A stretch of DNA of 63,035 bases, filler included, from Malassezia furfur (GCA_052055015.1; 41 parts of 41 records of this genome joined end to end with filler, not necessarily neighbours in it); one strand, 5' to 3'; positions 1 through 11,755 are shown, numbered from the whole stretch's first letter. Notes: generated from the sequence alone by a model not told the origin. Numbers and translations are program-made.

Positions 1-593
1 CAGCCCGTGGCGCGCGTCGGCGTGCGTCGCGTCGGGCGCCGCGGCGCGCCACAGGCCGAGGTCCGCGCGCGCAAGCGCCTGCGACACCAGCGCGTAGAAC
101 TCGAGCGTGGGGCCGAGGCCCGAGCCGACCTCGTCGCGGTACTCCACCTCGAGCACGTGCGGCCCCGCGGCGTAGAGCTCAAGCACCTTGACCGCGGACG
201 GGAGCAGCGCGTCGCGCGCGATGCGCACCTTTTGCCGCGGCACCTGCGCGAGCAGCGGCAAGACGTCGTCGGACGCCGCGCCGTCGCGCTTGAGGTACGC
301 GTGCAGCAGCCGCGCGTGCCCCAGCGCCGTCGCCTGGAAGTACGCAAGGCGCGTCGCGAACGAGAACAGGAACGGAAACGCGCGCGGCAGCTCGTGCGCC
401 CACGCCGGCAGGCACCGGCTCGCGACCAGCAGCGGCTCGCCAAGCTGCTGCGCAAGCTTCGCGGTGAGCTTGTTGTTCAGGAACACGGCGGCGTCCAGCA
501 CAAACGCCCCGTCGCCCATCGCGCCCTCGTCCGCAAGCGCATGCAGCGCGCCCAGCAGCTGCAGCGCCCGCGCGTACGGCGCGTCGGCCGGCG
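1..593 (-). CDS. UFD4: HECT E3 ubiquitin ligase, Ufd4/TRIP12-like, internal fragment (second copy; not in the ORF track)
   Basis: Manual minus-strand translation gives FLNNKLTAKLAQQLGEPLLVAS..LPAWAHELPRAFPFLFSFATR..RQKVRIARD..LEVEYRDEVGSGLGPTLEFY. It is colinear with 55698-57086. Confidence 0.9.
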
Positions 594-595
594 TG

Positions 596-1504
596 CATGC
601 GCTGCTCAACGACCTGCAGCACATCCTCACGCACGCGCTGTGTGCGCCGCCCGCCGACGACGCCGCCGACGACACGCTCGCGAGCCCCGGCCTGGGCATC
701 CCCGCCGCGGAGCTGCGGCGGTACTCGGTGCTGCTGCTCGTCCCCGACGCGTTTTCGCGCGCGGACCTCCGCGCGCTCGGCACGCTGCTGCTCACGCAGA
801 TGGGCTTTGCGGCGCTCAACGTGCAGACCGAGGGGCTGTGCGCCATGTTCGGCGCGGGCCTGTCCGCGGCGTGCATCGTGGACCTCGGCGCGACGAGCAT
901 CGGCGTGTCGTGCGTCGAAGAGGGCCTCGTCCTGCCCGAGACGCGCGTCGCGCTCGCGTACGGCGGGCAGGACGTCTCGCTGTTCTTCGGCGAGGTGCTC
1001 CGCCGCTCGCACTTCCCGTACCGCGCGCTGGACGCCTCGGCGCGCCTCGCGGACCGCGCGCTGCTCGACTCGCTCAAGGAGCGCTTCGCGACGCTCCTGC
1101 CCAACCAGGTGGGCCTCAACCTGTACGACTTCGTCGTGCGCCTCCCCCACACCCCCGCGACCAAGTACGCCCTGCGCGTGTACGACGAGCCGATCCTCGC
1201 GGGCCTCCTCCTGTTCCACCCCGAGGCGATGGTGCGCGCCTCGCTCGCCTTCCCGCGGCGCGCCGCCGGCGCCGCGGCGCTGCCCACGCGCTCCGCCGAG
1301 GAGCTCGAGAGCGTGACGAACCCGGTGAACACCAACGCGTCGCTCGGCGGCGACGAGGCCGTCGAGCTGCAGACCGACACGCCCTCGGACGTCACGCCGA
1401 CGCTCGCCATGTTCGGCACGCTGCCGCACCTCCCGCCCGCGGCCGCCGCCGTGCTCGGCACCGCCAAGGCGCCCGCGCCCGCCACCGAGAGCCCCGCGCC
1501 GAAG
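596..1504 (+). CDS. ARP8: Actin-related protein Arp8 (INO80 complex), internal fragment
   Basis: YSVLLLVPD..LLTQMGF..QTEGLCAMFGAGLSAACIVDLGATSIGVSCVEEGLVLPETRVALAYGGQDV..RSHFPY is the Arp8 actin-fold signature. Confidence 0.88.
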
Positions 1505-1604
1505 NNNNNNNNNNNNNNNNNNNNNNNNNNNNNNNNNNNNNNNNNNNNTTAATTAATTAANNNNNNNNNNNNNNNNNNNNNNNNNNNNNNNNNNNNNNNN
1601 NNNN
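1505..1604. other. Artificial contig linker (N44-TTAATTAATTAA-N44); first of 40 identical linkers separating 41 size-sorted contigs
   Basis: The same 100-bp block recurs about every 1.5 kb (3106-3205, 4700-4799, 6288-6387 ... 61552-61651). TTAATTAATTAA gives stops in all six frames. Contig lengths decrease along the window. Confidence 0.99.
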
Positions 1605-1720
1605 GCAACGGCGTGCGCGGCAAGATGCGCCGCGAGAACAAGGGGCAGGGCGCGCGCAGCCGGCGCGACATGGAGCTGAGCCGCGGCCGGCGGCTCGAGG
1701 AGCTCGACATGGACCGGTAG
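1605..1720 (+). CDS. 3' end of an unidentified gene (..GKMRRENKGQGARSRRDMELSRGRRLEELDMDR*)
   Basis: Coding-like codon usage ending in TAG at 1718-1720, convergent with SEC8. Confidence 0.45.
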
Positions 1721-1744
1721 GTGCGCCGTAGGACTAGGATCTAT

Positions 1745-3105
1745 CTACCGCGCCGTCTTGGCGCACTCGTGCAGCTCGATGAGCAGCTCGTTGTAGCGCT
1801 GCATGGTCACCGCGCGGTTGCGCGACGTGCCGGCGTGCGGCACACGCACCAGCACGCCGTCGACGGACGCCGGCTCGTCCGTGCTGCGGTCCACGCCGAG
1901 GCACAGGTCGAGCGCGGCCTTGTACTCGGCGAACGTGTGCTGCATGGGCGCGTGGCGCACGGTGGCGAGCCACTGCTCGGGCTCGTGCGCGAGCATCTCC
2001 CAGAACTTTTTGCTGCGCTCGAGGTCGATGCGCTGCGGCGACGCAGCGAGGTTCTTGAGGTTTTGCTGGAGCGAGAGGATGTTGCGCAGCATCTTGGTGA
2101 CGCCGTGCCGGTTGATGGCGCGCACGCTGCGCACGCCCTCGACCATCACGGCGTCGAGCAGCACGTCGAGGCCGTCCAGCACGAACTGCTGGTGCTCGAC
2201 GGAGAGCGTGTCCTTGAGCAGCTCGCTGAACGCCGTCAGCTCGCCGTTCCACTCGAGCACGTGGCTGTCCGGCTCGAGCGCGCCGCCATCCACGACGTAG
2301 GTGCCCTCGGCGAACGCGAGGCGCAGCGCGTGCAGCGCCTTGAGCCGCAGCTCGACGCGCAGCGTGATGAGGATGAACTGCGCGAGATGCTCGTACAGCC
2401 GCACAATCTCGGCAAAGCGCGGCGCAAGGCCCGCGCCGAGCGGCAGCAGCAGCACGCCGTCGGGCGCGTCGCGGCGCACGTCGTCGTGCTCCGCGGCGGC
2501 GCGCAGCTGCGCCATGTGCTGGTGGAGCCATTGGACGCTAAAGTGCAGGTGGCCGAGCGCCAGCAGCCGCTTGCGCGACGTCATGAGATCCGCGCGGCGC
2601 ACGGGCGTCTCGGCGGCGTAGCGGCGCTCGAGGCGCGCCTCGGTGTCGCGCAGCGTCGCAGCGTGCGCGTCGGCGGCGTCGGTGGCGCGCGCGTCGCACA
2701 GCACGCGGTACAGCTCGGGGCGCTGCGCCCACACCGCCGCCCGCACGTACGGCCCGACGGCGTGCGTTGCGGCGGCGTCCATGTCCTCGGACACGAGCTG
2801 CTTGAAGCGCTCGTTGCACCGCTCGTAGTACTCGACAAACACCACGAGGATCAGGCGCGCGTACGACGCGCGGTTCACCGGCGCGGCCTGCAGCATCGTG
2901 TAGAGGCTGTCGACGAGGGCGACGATCTGGGCGGCGCTGCGCACGACGGGGCGCGCGGCCGCGGCGCGCTTCGCGGTGTCGGGCGCAAACGCCTCGGTGC
3001 CGCGCGTCGCGGTAGACACGAGCTGCTGCACCTTGTCCTCGAGCATCGGCAGGAACATCATCTGCACAAACTCGCGCAGGAAGCCGCCGAACCCGCGCGC
3101 CGACG
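1745..3105 (-). CDS. SEC8: Exocyst subunit Sec8/EXOC4, C-terminal part
   Basis: YYERCNERFKQLV, LAQFILITLRVELR, EPDSHVLEWN, GVTKMLRNILSLQQNLKNL..DLERSKKFWEM. Confidence 0.85.
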
Positions 3106-3205
3106 NNNNNNNNNNNNNNNNNNNNNNNNNNNNNNNNNNNNNNNNNNNNTTAATTAATTAANNNNNNNNNNNNNNNNNNNNNNNNNNNNNNNNNNNNNNN
3201 NNNNN

Positions 3206-4692
3206 GTCGACGTGCTGCCTGCGAGCAGCGAGCCGCTGGCCGTCGAGCGCCGGTCCGAGCCGCGACTCGACTCGTGCGCCGACGCCGCGGCGCTCTGGGC
3301 CGCGACCGACTCGCGCACGCTGCGTGCGTGCTGCGACGCCGTGCCGCGCCCCGACGCGACCGACGTGCCGCTGCGCTGGCGCACGCGCTCCACGACCTGG
3401 GCCGCCTGGGCGTCGTCGTGGATCGATTCGAGGCGCACCGTCGCGATCGACGCGCGGAAGAGCAGCACGCACCCGGGCAGCAGCGCCGCGAGCGTCGCGC
3501 CGAGGCTCAGCTTGGCGAGCGTCGCGACGCCGAGCGCGCGGTGCAGCTTATACCGCCCGACGGGCAGCACCGAGAGCGCGCACCACACATTCGCGACCTT
3601 GTCCTCAAACAGGCCGCGCGCCAGCGGGAAGATGCGCACGAGGCACTGCCGCAGACTGCCCGCGTCCTGCACCCACGGCAGAAAGGCCACCAGGAACACC
3701 GCCGTGGTCGCCGCCGCGAGGCCGCCGAGCAGCCACGCGCCGCGCGCGGGGTGTGCCGTGCGCGCCAGGCCGACGCACCGCCCGAGCATGATGGCAAACA
3801 CCGCGGGCGCATAGTACAGTGCCATCTGCTTGAAGCACAGACTCAGCGAAAAGAAGACGGCCGCCAGCACGTACTCGTAGCTGATCTGCCGGCTGAGCGA
3901 GTCGAGCAGCATACGCTGCACGCTTGCGGCGCCGGGCGCATCGCCCGACGCGGCGCCCGACGCGCCGACGTGCACATTCGGCAGCTTGGAGTAGAGCAGC
4001 GCAAAGCTCAGCGTGCTCAGGCCGAGCATCACGCTGTTGTACTGGAAGTGGCCGTGGTCGACGAGCAGCAACGCGGGCTGCAGCAGCACCGTGTACCGCG
4101 CCACGTCGCGCGCACGCGAGCTGCGTCCCGCGAGGCGGCGCTCCACGAACGCATTCACCGCCGGCACATAGACCAGCGCCTCGAGCACCCACACCGACGC
4201 GCGCAGAAACACGATCAGCGCGGGCGACTCGGCACCGCGCGAGGTGTGCAGTGCAAAGCTCGGGCGCAGCGCGGCAAAGCGCGTCGCGACCCACCCACAC
4301 GCCCAGCTGACCCACGCGGTCAGCGGCGGGTAGTCGAGGCCCCAGTACGGCAGGTCGTACGTGTACCACTGGCGCGGCGGCAGGTGCAGCGTCAGCTCCA
4401 TCCAGTGCCGCTGCGCCTCCAAGTCGCCGTACATGGGCGGCGTCGCGCGCCCGCTGTACCCGCCAAGCGCCACGAGCGCCTTGACGAGCAGCAGGACGCC
4501 CAGCCCGAGCCATCCTACCGCCCACGCCAAATCCTCCTCGCCGAGCCACCGCAGCACATTGCGCAGCGGCGAGTCGGCGTTGTGCCACGCAGCCGCAGGC
4601 GCCTGGCGCCGCGCCGGCGTGGGCGCCGCCTGGGCGCCGAGCGGCGGCGAGGTGACGCAGCTCGGCGGCGCGCTCTGCCCGAGGTTCATCAT
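3206..4692 (-). CDS. ALG6: Dol-P-Glc alpha-1,3-glucosyltransferase Alg6 (3' truncated)
   Basis: YSGRATPPMYGDLEAQRHWMELT..YWGLDYPPLTAW, DHGHFQYNSVMLG, FKQMALYY, RIFPLARGLFEDKVANVWC. Confidence 0.95.
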
Positions 4693-4799
4693 GCTGCTCN
4701 NNNNNNNNNNNNNNNNNNNNNNNNNNNNNNNNNNNNNNNNNNNTTAATTAATTAANNNNNNNNNNNNNNNNNNNNNNNNNNNNNNNNNNNNNNNNNNNN

Positions 4800-6287
4800 C
4801 GCGGCGCGCGGCGCGGCCGTGCGCGGCTGGGCGCCCTGTGCAGCTGCACACGTCTGCGTGTTGGGCCGACTCCATCTATGCTTTGGCCAGCGGCCCGCCG
4901 CCGTGCGGGGTCAGTGTCCTACGCATCTCTGGGTACGTCGTGTGCTAATGCAGTGCGCAAGCCGCGCTTGTCTATGCCGCGCTGTGCCCCGACGCGCCGG
5001 CGCTTGTGCCCCGGCGTGCGGCGCTGCGCACGCTACGGCATCCCACGACGCGCGAAGTGCTCGACACGGCGCTCGTCCTCTTCTTCCCCCGGCCGCACTC
5101 GTACACCGGCGAGGATGTGCTGGAGCTGCACGTCCACGGCAGCCCTGCGGTGGTGCGCGACACGCTGCTGGCCATTGGCGCCGTGGACCCCGCGGCGCTG
5201 CGTCCGGCGCTGCCTGGCGAATTTACGCGGCGGGCGTTTGAGCAAGGGCGCATGGACCTCACCTCGTGCGAGGCGCTCGACGCGCTGCTGCGCGCCGAGA
5301 CGAGCACGCAGCGCCGCCTTGCGCTGCAGACGGGCGGCGGGCGGCAGGCGCAGCTGTACCATGCGCTGCGTGCGGAGCTGCTCGAGGCGATGGTGCGTGT
5401 CGAAGCGATGCTCGACTTTAGTGACGAGGACGGCATTGACGACGCGCTCTGGACGCCGGTGCGCGACACGGTCGACCGCGTGCGTGCGCAGATCCGGTGC
5501 GCGATGCCCGACGGCCGCCCGGCGGTGTCGGAGGCGATTGCGCACGGCACGCAGCTCGTGCTGTACGGCCGTCCGAACGCCGGCAAGTCGCTGCTGCTCA
5601 ACCGCCTCGTGCGGCGCGAGGCGGCGATCGTCTCGCCCGAGGCCGGCACCACGCGCGACGTCGTGCAGGCCGCGCTCGAGCTGCACGGCTTCCGTGTGCA
5701 GCTGAGCGACACCGCCGGGCTGCGGACCGGCGCGGCGGGCATCGAGCAGCAGGGCATCGCGCGGACCGAGGCGCACGTCCGCGACGCAGACCTGGCGCTG
5801 CTCGTGTGCGACGCGCGCGAGGCGTGCCGCGTGCTGGGCGGTGTGCCGCCGAGCGGCGCGACGCAGGTCTCGGCGCGGGGCGCGGACGCCCTGGGCCGCC
5901 TGCCCGGCGAAGAGCTGCTGCTGGTGGTGAACAAGATGGACACGGTGCGTGATGCGCCGGCGCCCGAGCCCGTCGACGACGGCGTGGCGTGTCATGTGTG
6001 GCAGGTGAGCGCGCTGCACGACACCGGCGTCGATGCGCTGCTGACGGACCTCGGTGCGCGGCTGGCGGCGCGGCATGCCGCCGACCTGCGGGAGCCGCCG
6101 CTCGTGACCGAGGCGCGGCATGCGCACCTGCTGGGCGGCGTGCTGGCCGCGCTCGATCGGTGCGCGGCGTGTGCGGAGGACGCGACGCTCGTGGCCGAGG
6201 AGCTGCGGCATGCCGCCTACCTCGTGGGCCAGATCACCGGCGAGACGCTCGGCGCGGACGAGGTGCTGGGCGCCATCTTTGCGCGGT
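4800..6287 (+). CDS. MSS1: Mitochondrial tRNA-modification GTPase Mss1/MnmE/GTPBP3 (one micro-intron; ends truncated)
   Basis: DSIYALASG..VSVLRISG, SYTGEDVLELHVHGS, PGEFTRRAF, G1 GRPNAGKS, G2 GTTRD, G3 DTAG, G4 NKMD, DEVLGAIF. Confidence 0.95.
4933..4953 (+). other. Spliceosomal micro-intron, 21 nt (GTACGTCGTGTGCTAATGCAG)
   Basis: Removal deletes an in-frame TAA and joins VLRISG to AQAALVY.. in the MnmE frame. Confidence 0.88.
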
Positions 6288-6387
6288 NNNNNNNNNNNNN
6301 NNNNNNNNNNNNNNNNNNNNNNNNNNNNNNNTTAATTAATTAANNNNNNNNNNNNNNNNNNNNNNNNNNNNNNNNNNNNNNNNNNNN

Positions 6388-7872
6388 TTGGTCGGCGTCG
6401 TGGGCGCCGGCGACGCGGCGCCGACGCGGCCCGACCAGGTGCTGGCGCGTGAGGCGGAGCCGCCGCTGCCCGTCGCGCCGATGCAGCGAGTGCTGCACGA
6501 GCGTGCGCAGACGGAGCATGGTGCGCTGCACACGGTGCTGAGCCCGGTGCTGCAGCGCGACCGCATGCTGGTCAAGATCCAGCACGCGCCGCACCAGAAC
6601 GTGGCGGAGTCGTTCAATGCGCTCGAGGCGCGGCGCTACGACCTGCGCTCGTTCCGGTTCACCGAGTACATGGTGGTGCTGCGCCCGCAGCGGCTCGAGC
6701 TGTGGAGCGAGGCGACGGTGCGCGGGCGTGTGCTGGGGCACACGGCGCGGCTGAAGCTGCGGCACGTGGTGCACCTCGAGCACGGCGCGACGGACGTGTC
6801 AATGTACAGCGAGATCGACGGGCTGTTTAGTGTGACGTGCCCCCGGCGGCTGCACAAGCAGTCGCGGACGACGCGGCAGCGGCTCTTCCGGCGGCACGGG
6901 AGCGTCATTTTGATCTTTGCGGCGCGCACGGCGTCGACCGCGAGCGACTGGATGTGGCTGCTGTACCGCGAGCTGGGCGGCATGGTGCCCGAGCATCTGT
7001 ATGTACATATCCCGAGTCTGTCGGTGCGTGTGCGCGTGCCGGTCCCGCCGCCGCCCGTGTACGGCGGGGTGGATGCGGCGCGCGGCGCGCCCGGGCGCTC
7101 TGCGGACGCCGCGGCGGAGTGGGCGGCGGCCGCGAGCCTGACGAGCGGCGAGGTGATCCGCAGCGTGGTGCGCCTCGTGCACGCGATGCCGAACTGGGCG
7201 CGCCTGTCGGAGCAGATGCTCGCGCAGGGCGTGCAGCCGAAGCTCGCGTGGCGCACCGGCGCGATGTACAACTGGGTGCCCGACGAGGCGACGTACGCGG
7301 GCCGCCCGCGCTTCTGGGCGGTGCTGGTGGGCCGCCTGTTTGCGTGGCCCGGGCGGCAGCCGGTGCTCGAGATGGTGCCGAGCAAGCACTACCCCACGAC
7401 CGCCAAGCACCCCAACGGGCGGCGCCTGAGCGAGCCGCCGGGGCTCGAGGGCGTCGTGTGGCGCGTGCGTGCGGTGAGCGGCGCGATGAGCCGCGTGTAC
7501 TTCACCACGCAGGAGAGCCGCATCTACATGACGCGCGTCGCGCGTGCGTTTGCGCCGGACGTGCACGACGGCGTGCCGCTCGACACGGCGCTCGAGACGC
7601 CGTCGATGACGCGCGCCGAGCGCCTCGCGCAGCACGCCGCGGCGTTCCACGCGCGCGAGCAGGCGCGGCAGCAGCTGCAGGTGCGCTACTGCGACGGCTT
7701 CATCGACCTGCGCGAGGTGTGTGCGATCCGGTGCGTCGGCACGGGCGTCACCGTGTCGACGGAGCTGACGCCGACCGCGCGCGAGATGGCCACGCACGTG
7801 TACGGCGAGTCGGCGCGCGCGGCGGCGGCCGTCGCCCCCGAGACGCACGCGCTGTTCGACTACGACGGGACA
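6388..7872 (+). CDS. SPO71: Spo71/Mug56-like PH-domain protein, internal fragment
   Basis: RDRMLVK, EYMVVLR..LELW, SMYSEIDG, ASDWMWLLYRELGG..LYVHIPSLSVRVRVP, KLAWR, HYPT..LSEPPGLEG, DGFIDL resemble fungal Spo71. Confidence 0.65.
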
Positions 7873-8154
7873 NNNNNNNNNNNNNNNNNNNNNNNNNNNN
7901 NNNNNNNNNNNNNNNNTTAATTAATTAANNNNNNNNNNNNNNNNNNNNNNNNNNNNNNNNNNNNNNNNNNNNCGCCGCTGCCGTCGCCGCAGCCGGGCGG
8001 CATCGACGAGGTCGAGCACATCTTTGGTGCGTAGCGACGGCGGCGCCCGCCGTGCCTCCACCCCCGGCCCACACCCTTGTACAGTGACGTAGCGAAAAAT
8101 CGGGCCGATTTCGGCGCCCCGCGCGCCGTGCGCTTCTCCACCCGGCGCAGCAAC

Positions 8155-9453
8155 ATGTACGATGCCGCGACGGTGCTCCTGCGCGAGTACTACCGCGTCA
8201 CCGGGTGGAATGAGCAGCAATCGTACGCACAGCTGATGCGCGCGGCGAGCCTGCTCGTCGACTTCGAGGTGCCGAACGGCGTGCTGCTCTCGTCTGCGTC
8301 GGCGCAGGTGCCGAGCCTGCTCTCCTCCGCACGGCTCCTGCTCGTGCCGCTGAGCGGCGCGCTGGGGTACGCGCACGTCGCGACCCCTGCCCCGTTCGAT
8401 ACCCAGTGCATCCGGCGCGCGGAGACGCGACTGTCGTGCGCGTCGCCGTTCCTCACGCCCGACCACCCCCCGGGCCTGCTGCCGTACCAAGGTGCCACGG
8501 CGCACGGGCTGTGGGACGCGCTGCGGCGGCGCGCGCCGCCGCGCGACGTGCTGCTGTACGGGTGCTTCCATGTGCCCACGACGTACGTCGAGGGCGTCGT
8601 TGCGATGCGCCTCGCGCCGCACTGGCAGCTGCTCATGACCGCGCTGTCGCACGCGCCGCGGTACCCTCTCATGCCGCTCGCCCGCCGCCTCGGGCTCGTG
8701 GCGCCCGGCGCGCCGCCGCTCCCGACGCTCGTTGCGCCGGGCGCGACCAACTTGCAGCTCACGCTCCAGATGCAGACCGAGCGGACCATGGCCGAATACA
8801 GCTACTCGGTGGACGACGCGCTGTGGGGAATGCGTGTGCTGCGCACGCTCACCGCGCCGACGATGCTGCAGCCCGGCACGCTGAGTGCGGGCGGCGAGGT
8901 GTTTGTGAGCGTCGCAGAGATGAGTGCTGGATGTACGTGTGTTGGCTGACCCAGTCTCGCTCGGGATGCGGTATGCGCAGCCGCCGATCTTCGATGCTCA
9001 GGGACGCCGCTTGAGCTATCCGGCGGTGTCGAGCGTGACGCTGAACCCCATGATGGGCCATGTGCGGTATGCGTACACGGCACAGACCGAGGAGGACCTG
9101 ACGCTGTGTGCGCGCTACGACCTAAATGTGTACTCCTACCTGTCGGACCTCACGCTCGGTGCCGAGTACTGCCTCGGCCCCCCGGCGGACGACGACGACG
9201 CACGGACCGCCGAGGCACCGACGGCGTCGCTGCGTGAGCAGCGGGGGGTTTGGAAGCCGGCGCCGGCGTCCACGACGGAGCTGTCGCTGCGCGAGGATAC
9301 ACTAGAGTGGCCAGCGGGGCCAGCGGGGTCTGCGGAGCCTGCGGCGCCTGCGGGGCCTGCCGGACCTGCGGGGCGCACCGAGGCGCCAGTGGGGCCCGCC
9401 GTGTCCGCGGTGAAGCCTGCGCTGGCCGCCAGAGCGCCGGCCGCCAGAGCGCC
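8155..9453 (+). CDS. MDM10: Mitochondrial outer-membrane beta-barrel Mdm10 (ERMES/SAM), one micro-intron, 3' truncated
   Basis: YYRVTGWNEQQSYAQL, LLYGCFHVP, EYSYSVDDALWGMRVL, LSAGGEVF, TLNPMMGHV, CARYDLNVYSYLSD. Confidence 0.9.
8933..8954 (+). other. Spliceosomal micro-intron, 22 nt (GTACGTGTGTTGGCTGACCCAG)
   Basis: Removal joins the two MDM10 ORFs in frame (EMSAG-FSLGMRY). Confidence 0.9.
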
Positions 9454-9553
9454 NNNNNNNNNNNNNNNNNNNNNNNNNNNNNNNNNNNNNNNNNNNNTTA
9501 ATTAATTAANNNNNNNNNNNNNNNNNNNNNNNNNNNNNNNNNNNNNNNNNNNN

Positions 9554-10532
9554 CCAGCGCATGGCCGACGCCAAGGCGCGGCGGCGCTCGGCCTCGGCGC
9601 GCCCGCTGGGCACCGCGCCGGGCATCTCGTCATCGACGTTCAGCTCGAGATCCGTGTAGTGTGCCTCGGCGCGCGGCACGAGGCCAACGCGCGCCACGAC
9701 GCCGTGCACCACGTCGCAGACACGCCCAAGCGGCTTGTGCACGAACGGCGGGAACCAGTGCACAAAGGCGAATGCTTCGCTCATGTCCCCGCGCGAGCCC
9801 ATCTCGTTCGGCTGGTAGAAGCGCAGGTACACCCACGACACGAGCCAGCCGAACTGGATCAGCAGGAAAGGCGACGTGAAGCCGAGCAAGCACATGACGT
9901 TCGACAGGCCGACGTACAGCATCGGCAGGTCATGGACGTGCATGCGGAAGCGCGAGCCAAGCAGCTGGATCTCGTGGTGCGGGATGAGCTGCGCCAGCGC
10001 CACGAGGAAGCCCGTCTGGAGCGCCTCGAGGCCGTGAAAGTGCGTGCCGAAGCTGGGGGTGAGCGGCGCGCGCAACGTACAGTGGGCGGTCGGTGCGCAG
10101 CACAACAAACAGAAGCACCGCGAGCACGACGGCGATCGCGTTCGACACGACGACCACGATGCCGGTGAAGCGCAGCAGCTCCACGGCGCCCCACTGCTGC
10201 TCGAGGTATTGCGCGGCGAGTGGCACAGCGACGATCGTCACGACAAACTCGGCGATGGATGTCTCACAAAATGCAGCGGTCAACAGCGTCCTGGGTCAGT
10301 CGAGCGCGCACACGCACCAGGGGTACCACGGCACCGCCCCGGGCACGGCGACCAGGTAGGGGTAACGCAGCGCCGAGCCCGGCGTGCCGGCGCTCGTGCC
10401 GAGCACATCGAGCGTGCGTAGCACGGCCAACACGCCCGAGAACGCAAGCACGAGCGCGACCAAGATCCGCGTCCCGAGCGGGAGCGCACGCGCGCGGTCC
10501 ACCGCGGCACGCACCGACGACTCCATCGGCAT
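9554..10532 (-). CDS. TMEM115/DUF1751 rhomboid-like Golgi membrane protein (two micro-introns, 3' truncated)
   Basis: After splicing: PWYPWTLLTAAFCE..YLEQQWGAVELLRF..QLIPHH..GWLVSWVYLRFYQ..RGDMSEAFAFVHWFP..AEAERRRALA. Confidence 0.85.
10053..10080 (-). other. Spliceosomal micro-intron, 28 nt (GTACGTTGCGCGCGCCGCTCACCCCCAG)
   Basis: Restores the frame TDRPL-FGTHFHGLE. Confidence 0.85.
10291..10317 (-). other. Spliceosomal micro-intron, 27 nt (GTGCGTGTGCGCGCTCGACTGACCCAG)
   Basis: Removes an in-frame TGA and yields the conserved YPWTLLTA motif. Confidence 0.85.
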
Positions 10533-10638
10533 ACCTGGAAGAACGCGGCGGGCCGCGCCGCGCGCAGCGCGCATAATTCCCCACACGCGCCGCGCGCCGC
10601 GCGCTCTGCACCGCGGCGACGAGCGAGGTTGGCGGCAC

Positions 10639-11033
10639 ATGGCGACCTCCGAGCGCGCCGATGAGCCACAGTTCGCGGCTAGCGAGGTGAATCTGCTCAT
10701 CTACCACTACCTCAAGGAGTCCGGCTTCCTGCATACGTGCTTCGCGCTGCGCTACGAGGCGCGGCTCGACGACACTCCGGCCGCGCACGAGGCCATCGTC
10801 CAGCCGGGGCAGCTCCTGCACTATCTGCAACGCGGCCTGCTCTACGCCACCGCCGAGCGCCACGTCGAGGAGCGCGCAGCCGCCGAAGCCTCGGCCACAG
10901 CAAACGACGCGGCGGCCGCGCCGCTCCCCACCCCGGACCCTCTCTTACCTCACCCCGACGGCGCCGCGACGGGCGCGACGCCGTCCGCGCGCCTGACGCC
11001 GCCCCCCGTTGCGCCGGACGCGCCACCCAAGCG
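10639..11033 (+). CDS. LisH-domain protein, TBL1/Sif2-like N-terminus
   Basis: SEVNLLIYHYLKESGFLHTCFALRYE..PGQLLHYLQRGLLY. Divergent from the TMEM115-like gene, about 100 bp apart. Confidence 0.8.
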
Positions 11034-11133
11034 NNNNNNNNNNNNNNNNNNNNNNNNNNNNNNNNNNNNNNNNNNNNTTAATTAATTAANNNNNNNNNNN
11101 NNNNNNNNNNNNNNNNNNNNNNNNNNNNNNNNN

Positions 11134-11755
11134 AGTGCTGCACAAACTCTTTGCGCAGCAGACGGCCCGTCTGCTTGTCGTGCTTCTTGACAATCTTCAA
11201 GAAACCCGTGTAGTTGAGCTTGGTGAAGAGCGCAAGGTCGTGCACGTCCGCAATGATGCTCGCGAGCTGCTCCTCGAGGTCCAGGAAACGGTCCTCCATT
11301 GCGTCCGAGTCCTCGTTGTCCGAGTCGAACTCGTCGTCGGAGCCGGCGTTGTCGTGCGCACGGTACATCATCTCGCGGTGCACCTCGTTGTCGCCGCGCG
11401 ACGCCTCCGACACAGGCGCGGCCTGCTGCGACGTCGACGGCGCATGCGACGGCGTGTCGGGCCGCGACGAGGTCTGCGAGCCCCCACTGTCGCGCAGCGC
11501 CAGCAGCTGGTTCACCTCGGCATTCACGCGCTCGATGCGGCCGGTGAGCTCGGAAACCTTGCTCTTCTGGAAGGAGTAGACCTTGTCGAGCTCCTTGCGC
11601 AGCTCCTCGACAAACTCATCCTCGTCCTTATCGGTCCAGGTGCCTTGGTTGTCCGAGATGCGCTTCTTGATCTGCTTCTTGAGGTCGGAATACTGCAGGT
11701 ACTGCGAAGACCATTCGGGGTACAGTGACGTCTTGATCGTCCTGCCGAACTTCAT
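11134..11755 (-). CDS. VTC4: Vacuolar polyphosphate polymerase Vtc4, N-terminal SPX domain
   Basis: MKFG..EWSSQYLQYSDLKK..ELDKVYSFQ..DVHDLALFTKLNYTGFLKIVKKHDKQTG. Confidence 0.88.
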
